64,000 bases of DNA from an uncultured bacterium (GTDB lineage: Bacteria > Patescibacteriota > Minisyncoccia > Phycocordibacterales > PALSA-1337), in NCBI GenBank assembly GCA_903846945.1, contig CAINCE010000073.1, forward strand, positions 13,626 through 77,625. Direction: 5' to 3'. Under the pieces are notes generated by a model. That model was not told the DNA's origin and made no database searches. It saw only the letters and a list, made by a program, of their open reading frames with translations. The position numbers and the translations under genes were made by a program. This document shows positions 58,984 through 64,000 of this stretch, piece by piece. Positions within the stretch are counted from its first letter, which is position 1, and every line of letters starts with the position of its first letter.

Positions 58984-59226
58984 ATGACCTCAATGCTACC
59001 GACCATATTAAAACCAATCTTTTGGGATGCTCCGTTCGATAAAATTGACCGTGATGTCAATAAGAGCTATGTAATATCACGCATATTGGAGTTGGGTGAT
59101 GAGTCTGCTGTAGATTGGCTCCGACATTATTATTCATCAGTGGACTTGAAATCAATTCTAAAAACCAGTAGGTCGATTTCACCAAAAAGTAGGAATTATT
59201 GGAATCTTATATTCAATCATAAATAA
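58984..59226 (+). CDS. small partner protein of the AbiEii-like nucleotidyltransferase (antitoxin-like), putative
   Basis: 80 aa; FWDAPFDKIDRDVNKSYVISRILELGDESAVDWLRHYY; 5 nt upstream of the NTase gene. Confidence 0.4.
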   Translation: MTSMLPTILKPIFWDAPFDKIDRDVNKSYVISRILELGDESAVDWLRHYYSSVDLKSILKTSRSISPKSRNYWNLIFNHK

Positions 59227-59230
59227 TTTT

Positions 59231-59842
59231 ATGCATGAAGAAACTCTGGCTAAACCAACGTTAAAATTGTTTGAAAAGCTCGCACAAAATTTGTGGGTTT
59301 CTGATTTTTATCTGGCTGGTGGAACAGCTCTCGCATTGCGACTCGGGCATCGTGTTTCTGTTGATCTAGATTTCTTTAGCGAAAATGATTTCAATGAAGC
59401 TGCTTTCGTAGATAAGCTGGTTCCTATAGGTGATCTCAAAGTGCTTCAAAAGTCGCCCCAATCGGTGATTGGTAGTATGGACGGTGTGAAGTTCTCATTT
59501 CTAGGCTATAAATATCCAATATTGCAATCAGGTATTAAATGGAAGGGTATAACTATTGCGTCAGTCGAAGATATTGCATGTATGAAACTAGACGCTTTAT
59601 CTAGTAGGGGGACCAAGCGTGACTTTATTGACTTGTATTTTATAGCAAAGCAAATACCGTTGCCAACAGTTGTTAAGTTATTTGAAACGAAGTTTGCGAA
59701 GATCAAGTATAATATGCTGCATATAAAGAAAAGTTTGGTTTACTTTGACGATGCGGAAGGTGATCCGATGCCGAATATGCTCGTGCCGATCAAGTGGAGT
59801 GAGGTAAAAGAATATTTTATCAAACAAGGAACCGCGCTCTAA
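59231..59842 (+). CDS. nucleotidyltransferase AbiEii/DUF1814-type toxin family
   Basis: 203 aa; FYLAGGTALALRLGHRVSVDLDFF nucleotidyltransferase motif. Confidence 0.65.
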   Translation: MHEETLAKPTLKLFEKLAQNLWVSDFYLAGGTALALRLGHRVSVDLDFFSENDFNEAAFVDKLVPIGDLKVLQKSPQSVIGSMDGVKFSFLGYKYPILQSGIKWKGITIASVEDIACMKLDALSSRGTKRDFIDLYFIAKQIPLPTVVKLFETKFAKIKYNMLHIKKSLVYFDDAEGDPMPNMLVPIKWSEVKEYFIKQGTAL

Positions 59843-59844
59843 AT

Positions 59845-60996
59845 ATGAAAACACTCAAAGATATAGAATATTTGTCAGGCGTGAAAGTTTTGGTACGAGT
59901 TGATTTTAATGTTCCTATAAAAAACGGCGTAGTTGTTGAGGATTTCCGTGTGCGGGCCGCATTACCAACGATTGATTATTTGATAGGAAAAGGTGCCAAA
60001 GTAATACTGATGAGTCATCTCGAGGCAGCTGATGGTACGAATCCATCACTTGCGCCAGTTGCTGATTGTTTGAAGCGACTAGGCAAGGAAGTGATGTTCA
60101 TAAAGGATTTCAATAGGGCACATGATGTTACCAATGAGCAACTGAAAGGTGGCGCATGTGCATTACTAGAAAACCTGCGCTTTTTTGATGGCGAGAAGAA
60201 GAATGATCTGAAATTTGCCAAGGAACTGGCTTCACTTGGCGACCTTTATGTAAATGATGCCTTCTCTGTATGTCATCGTGAGCATGCGTCAGTCGTCGGT
60301 GTTCCAAAATTCTTACCGAGTTACGCTGGTCTACAACTCGAAAAGGAAGTCGCGAACCTCTCACGGGCATTCACTCCGACACACCCATTTCTATTCATCC
60401 TAGGCGGTGCCAAATTCGATACGAAATTGCCATTGCTGGAGAAATTCATAGAGATAGCTGACTCGGTATTTGTCGGTGGGGCACTGGCGAACGATCTGCT
60501 CAAAGCAAAGGGATATGCAGTCGGAAAATCTGTGGTTTCAAAAGAAGATGATTTAAGATTAAAGATTTACGATTTACGAAAATTGGCGCAAAATCCCAAA
60601 ATTATTTTACCTTTAGATATTATCGATGAAAAGAAACAAGTGGAGCCCGTCAATGCTATCGGTGCTGACGACAAGAATATGGACATAGGACCAGACACGA
60701 TGGAAGCATTAAAATCAATAGTGGCAACCGCCAAGTTTATTCTGTGGAACGGCCCGCTCGGACTCTATGAAAGTGGTTTTAAGGAGGCAACAATAGAATT
60801 AGCAAAGATGATCAGTGAGGCGACGGCGAATGGTACAGAATCTATCGTCGGTGGGGGAGATACATTGGCGGCTATCGCTGAACTCGGTGCGCAAGAGAAG
60901 TTCACATTTATATCAACAGGTGGTGGCGCAATGTTGGATTTCTTGGCTACTGGAACATTGCCAGGGATAGAGGCATTGAAAAACTCGAATCTTTAA
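59845..60996 (+). CDS. pgk: phosphoglycerate kinase
   Basis: 383 aa; VLVRVDFNVP, ILMSHLGRP-like region and GGGA/GGGD nucleotide-binding motifs. Confidence 0.95.
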   Translation: MKTLKDIEYLSGVKVLVRVDFNVPIKNGVVVEDFRVRAALPTIDYLIGKGAKVILMSHLEAADGTNPSLAPVADCLKRLGKEVMFIKDFNRAHDVTNEQLKGGACALLENLRFFDGEKKNDLKFAKELASLGDLYVNDAFSVCHREHASVVGVPKFLPSYAGLQLEKEVANLSRAFTPTHPFLFILGGAKFDTKLPLLEKFIEIADSVFVGGALANDLLKAKGYAVGKSVVSKEDDLRLKIYDLRKLAQNPKIILPLDIIDEKKQVEPVNAIGADDKNMDIGPDTMEALKSIVATAKFILWNGPLGLYESGFKEATIELAKMISEATANGTESIVGGGDTLAAIAELGAQEKFTFISTGGGAMLDFLATGTLPGIEALKNSNL

Positions 60997-61074
60997 TTCT
61001 TTAGATAGTTGAAAATGATTTCAGGTCGGAATTGACCAGTCACCGATTTGGAGGAAAAATTCTTGGCGAGCTAA

Positions 61075-61443
61075 CTATTTTATAGCAGCTTCCAAAATCT
61101 TCTTTTTGTTTCCTTCAAAATCTTCTTTGTCTCCTTTGGTACTCTTGGGATCTGGATATAGCCAGATGTGTGCATGTTCAACTTCTTCACCAACTATCTT
61201 TGCGTGTATGGCAGGTTGTTTGAAGGCTTTCTGTAGAACTGTGGCTATCTTACTCACTGCTTCGAAGTATTCACCGACATTGGTAACTTCCCAGACCCAT
61301 CGGTAATGCTTCTTAGGTATGACTAATGCATGACCTGGTGATAGGGGACGAACATCTAGAAAAGCTAGAAAATTCGTATCTTCATAGATAACTGTCGCAG
61401 GAATCTCCTTTTTGATGATTTTACAGAAGATGCAGGAGGTCAT
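61075..61443 (-). CDS. HIT-family (histidine triad) protein
   Basis: 122 aa; CIFCKII and HAHIWLYP (HxHxHxx). Confidence 0.85.
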   Translation of the reverse strand: MTSCIFCKIIKKEIPATVIYEDTNFLAFLDVRPLSPGHALVIPKKHYRWVWEVTNVGEYFEAVSKIATVLQKAFKQPAIHAKIVGEEVEHAHIWLYPDPKSTKGDKEDFEGNKKKILEAAIK

Positions 61444-61575
61444 GTATTAATGGTAGCACAATTATGGTGTCGAGAGAGGTGACTTATGCACCGTTTCTCT
61501 ATTGATGTACATATTGACATATATATCTAATATATATAAGATATAGGTGTTAAGAATAATGATAAACAAATCAAC

Positions 61576-61845
61576 ATGATCACTCAAGTTATAGTAAATA
61601 TGGATAGCACCTTGAAGGCAAGGGCTATGAAAAAGGCAAAGAAAGCGGGCCTGCCATTTTCTTATGTCATCAATCACGCTGTTCGTGCGTACGTCGAGGA
61701 CAAATTTGGCATCGAATTCGTCCAAAAGTTCAATGCAAAGACAGATAGAGAGATCCGTCAGGCTTTGAAGGATATAAAAGAAGGGAAAAATTTGTCGCCA
61801 GTCTTTCATTCAGTTGACGAAGCGAGAAAATACCTAGATAATTGA
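61576..61845 (+). CDS. type II antitoxin (DinJ/RelB-like), putative
   Basis: 89-aa ORF immediately upstream of a YafQ/RelE-like toxin gene. Confidence 0.5.
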   Translation: MITQVIVNMDSTLKARAMKKAKKAGLPFSYVINHAVRAYVEDKFGIEFVQKFNAKTDREIRQALKDIKEGKNLSPVFHSVDEARKYLDN

Positions 61846-61848
61846 CCA

Positions 61849-62103
61849 GTGCCTTATATTTTCCACAGAAAATTTAAGAAAAAATTCAAAAGACTGTCTC
61901 CTGAAACAAAGGAGCAGTTTTTTGACCGACTCAAAATATTTTATGTTAATCCGTTTGATGAGAGATTGAGTAATCATACTGTCTATAAAGTATATCCAGG
62001 ATGCAGGAGTATCAATATAACTGGCGATATTAGGGCTTTGTATGAGACTCATGATAATGTTGCTGTATTCGTAAATATCGGTACACATTCTGACTTGTAT
62101 TAA
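61849..62103 (+). CDS. YafQ/RelE-family mRNA interferase toxin, putative
   Basis: 84 aa; GDIRALYETHDNVAVFVNIGTHSDLY C-terminal pattern of RelE/YafQ. Confidence 0.55.
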   Translation: MPYIFHRKFKKKFKRLSPETKEQFFDRLKIFYVNPFDERLSNHTVYKVYPGCRSINITGDIRALYETHDNVAVFVNIGTHSDLY

Positions 62104-62117
62104 TATTAGATCAAACC

Positions 62118-63929
62118 ATGTCCTACAATATCCGCAAACCTTTAACCGATGAGCAACGACAACGATATGCTGGTATGTCGGATACTGTGGCACACCTCCT
62201 GTTTCATCGAGGTGTTACTGATGTGGAATCGGCGAAGGAATTCATTTTTCCTGACTATGACGCAGGTACACATGACCCATTTCTACTCAAAGACGCGGAA
62301 AAGGCGGCGATCAGAGTCATCTATGCAATTGAGAATGATGAACGAATCGCTATTTACTCTGACTATGACGCGGATGGCATTCCTGGAGCTGCTATATTCA
62401 ATGATTTTTTCAAGAGAATTGGCTACAAGAACTATTCCATATACATACCTCATCGTCATGATGAAGGATTTGGGGTGAATGTGGGAGCTGTTGAACAACT
62501 GGTGAGTGAAGGTGTGAAGCTAGTCATCACTATAGACTGTGGTATCACTGATGTCGGACCGATCACACTCGCAGTCGAAAAAGGAATGGATGTCATCGTT
62601 ACTGACCACCATGAACCACCAGCAGAATTGCCACCCGCATTCGCTATCGTTGATCATAAACAAGTTGATTGTGCATATCCAGATAAGAATCTTTGCGGTT
62701 CTGGTGTTGCGTACAAGTTGGTTCAGGCAATATTGAAGAAGAATCGTTTTGGTTTGAAAGAAGGTATGGAAAAATGGCTGCTAGATTTGGTAGGTATCGC
62801 TACGATGTCCGACATGGTTCCTCTAGTAGGGGAGAATCGCATATTTGCTTACTATGGATTGTCGGTTCTACGAAAGAGTCCACGTAAAGGCATTATGCAA
62901 CTATTGCGCAAGCTCGGGATCAGTCAGCGACATCTCACAGAAGATGATATCGCCTTCATGGTGACGCCGCGGATCAACGCCGCCTCTAGGATGGGGGTGC
63001 CTATGGATGCATTCAAGATGCTCTCTGCGGACAATGATGATGATGCATATAGCTCGGTCGATCATCTAGACAAGATAAATAATGAGAGAAAGGGTGTTGT
63101 AGCTTCATTGGTTAAGGAGGTGAAAAAGGTATTGCATAGTAGGTATGGAAATATGGCTAATACCTCGCACCCGCTTGGGGGTGCACGAAGTGAATCCAAT
63201 ACATCCTTACCAGCAGTTATCTTTCTCGGAAATCCTGATTGGAGGCCTTCATTACTCGGGCTGGTCGCGAATACATGTGCAGAAGAATACGACCGACCGG
63301 TATTTCTATGGGGTCGTGACGGAGGTAATATCATCAAAGGTTCATGTAGATCTGAGGGTAGGACCAATGTTGTCGGGCTCATGCGTGCAGTACCGGCTGG
63401 TATCCTCGGGCACTTTGGTGGGCATAAACATTCTGGGGGATTTGCTGTGAAGAACGAAGATATCCATTTCGTTGAGAAGCATCTGAATGATGCGATGGAA
63501 AAAATGAAAAATGTAGGTCAAAATAATGATGAGTCTGGTAATATTCAAAATCAAGTGGAAGGTAGTGATTCTGATACTGCCACGATCGACATGGAAATAA
63601 CTATTGATCAAGTCGACTACACATTGTATGAAGACTTGAATAAGTTAGCACCATTCGGTATAGGTAATCCAAAGCCAGTTTTCTTGTTGAGAAATGTGTC
63701 ACCAGTCACAGTTCGCAAGTTCGGTAAGACGAACAATCATATGGAACTGATGTTCAAGAAGGGTAATGGTGTCAAAATCCCAGCTATTTGCTTCTTCGGT
63801 GCTGAAAATGAGTGGGTGACGAAGGTGATAGTTGGTAAGCCACTGGATCTGGTCGCTTCTGTTGAGAAATCGATGTTTAGGAACAAGGCTGAGCTAAGGC
63901 TGAGAATTATTGATATACTAGTAAAATGA
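62118..63929 (+). CDS. recJ: single-stranded-DNA-specific exonuclease RecJ
   Basis: 603 aa; DHH motifs (YSDYDADGIPGAAIF, ITIDCGITD, VTDHHEPP) and a C-terminal OB-fold region. Confidence 0.9.
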   Translation: MSYNIRKPLTDEQRQRYAGMSDTVAHLLFHRGVTDVESAKEFIFPDYDAGTHDPFLLKDAEKAAIRVIYAIENDERIAIYSDYDADGIPGAAIFNDFFKRIGYKNYSIYIPHRHDEGFGVNVGAVEQLVSEGVKLVITIDCGITDVGPITLAVEKGMDVIVTDHHEPPAELPPAFAIVDHKQVDCAYPDKNLCGSGVAYKLVQAILKKNRFGLKEGMEKWLLDLVGIATMSDMVPLVGENRIFAYYGLSVLRKSPRKGIMQLLRKLGISQRHLTEDDIAFMVTPRINAASRMGVPMDAFKMLSADNDDDAYSSVDHLDKINNERKGVVASLVKEVKKVLHSRYGNMANTSHPLGGARSESNTSLPAVIFLGNPDWRPSLLGLVANTCAEEYDRPVFLWGRDGGNIIKGSCRSEGRTNVVGLMRAVPAGILGHFGGHKHSGGFAVKNEDIHFVEKHLNDAMEKMKNVGQNNDESGNIQNQVEGSDSDTATIDMEITIDQVDYTLYEDLNKLAPFGIGNPKPVFLLRNVSPVTVRKFGKTNNHMELMFKKGNGVKIPAICFFGAENEWVTKVIVGKPLDLVASVEKSMFRNKAELRLRIIDILVK

Positions 63930-63942
63930 ATAATACAAATAC

Positions 63943-64000
63943 AATGAAGACAACAATTTTCACCGATGGTTCATCGAGGGGCAATCCTGGGAGAGGAGGG
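63943..64000 (+). CDS. rnhA: ribonuclease HI, partial (continues beyond the window)
   Basis: MKTTIFTDGSSRGNPGRGG matches the RNase HI N-terminus (TDGSxxGNPGxGG). Confidence 0.55.

Noticed and set aside
1-64000. CRISPR arrays and rRNA genes
   Set aside because: No series of regularly spaced direct repeats with unique spacers was found, and no stretch with rRNA-like conserved motifs; the tandem repeat at 44190 is too short and irregular.

Overview
Low-GC (about 40%) bacterial window with short, compact genes, a type IV pilus block, RNase Y, H+-PPase and trigger factor, which reads like a small-genome Patescibacteria/CPR-type organism (inference only). Housekeeping genes I recognise from the ORF translations: ComM/YifB (partial), DksA-like, pnp, rpsO, xerC/D-like, xth, CCA-adding enzyme, YraN, HU, RNase Y, clpP, rsmE, trigger factor, hppA, nusA, two dinD paralogs, pilB, pilC, pilins, tpiA, pgk, HIT, recJ, rnhA (partial). 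Four tRNAs were found by hand-folding: Arg-TCG, Gly-GCC, Pro-TGG, Gly-TCC. There are four accessory regions. (1) A GC-rich mosaic island at about 19.35-28.07 kb, bounded by inverted TrmB-like regulator paralogs, carries five hammerhead ribozymes, each immediately preceded by a perfect hairpin and followed by a small ORF. It also holds two copies of a roughly 105-nt structured RNA showing covariation, a 181-bp duplicated 5' leader, recurrent palindromic hairpins, paralogous small proteins, a DUF3800 protein and a DEDDh exonuclease. (2) A diversity-generating retroelement at about 36.9-39.5 kb: a target gene with a C-terminal VR, a TR whose roughly 20 differences from the VR all fall at TR adenines, a divergently oriented Avd-like four-helix-bundle gene, and an RT with the IGxxxSQ motif and a G10 tract at its 5' end. 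(3) A 161-bp MITE-like element in two 98%-identical copies, each with a 17-bp terminal inverted repeat and a 3-bp target duplication. (4) A tRNA cluster with att-like partial duplications of tRNA 3' ends. Also present: three toxin-antitoxin-like pairs (RelE/antitoxin, AbiE inserted between tpiA and pgk, DinJ/YafQ-like) and an XRE-DUF397 pair. No CRISPR array or rRNA was seen. All calls come from reading the sequence and ORF translations, with no database search.
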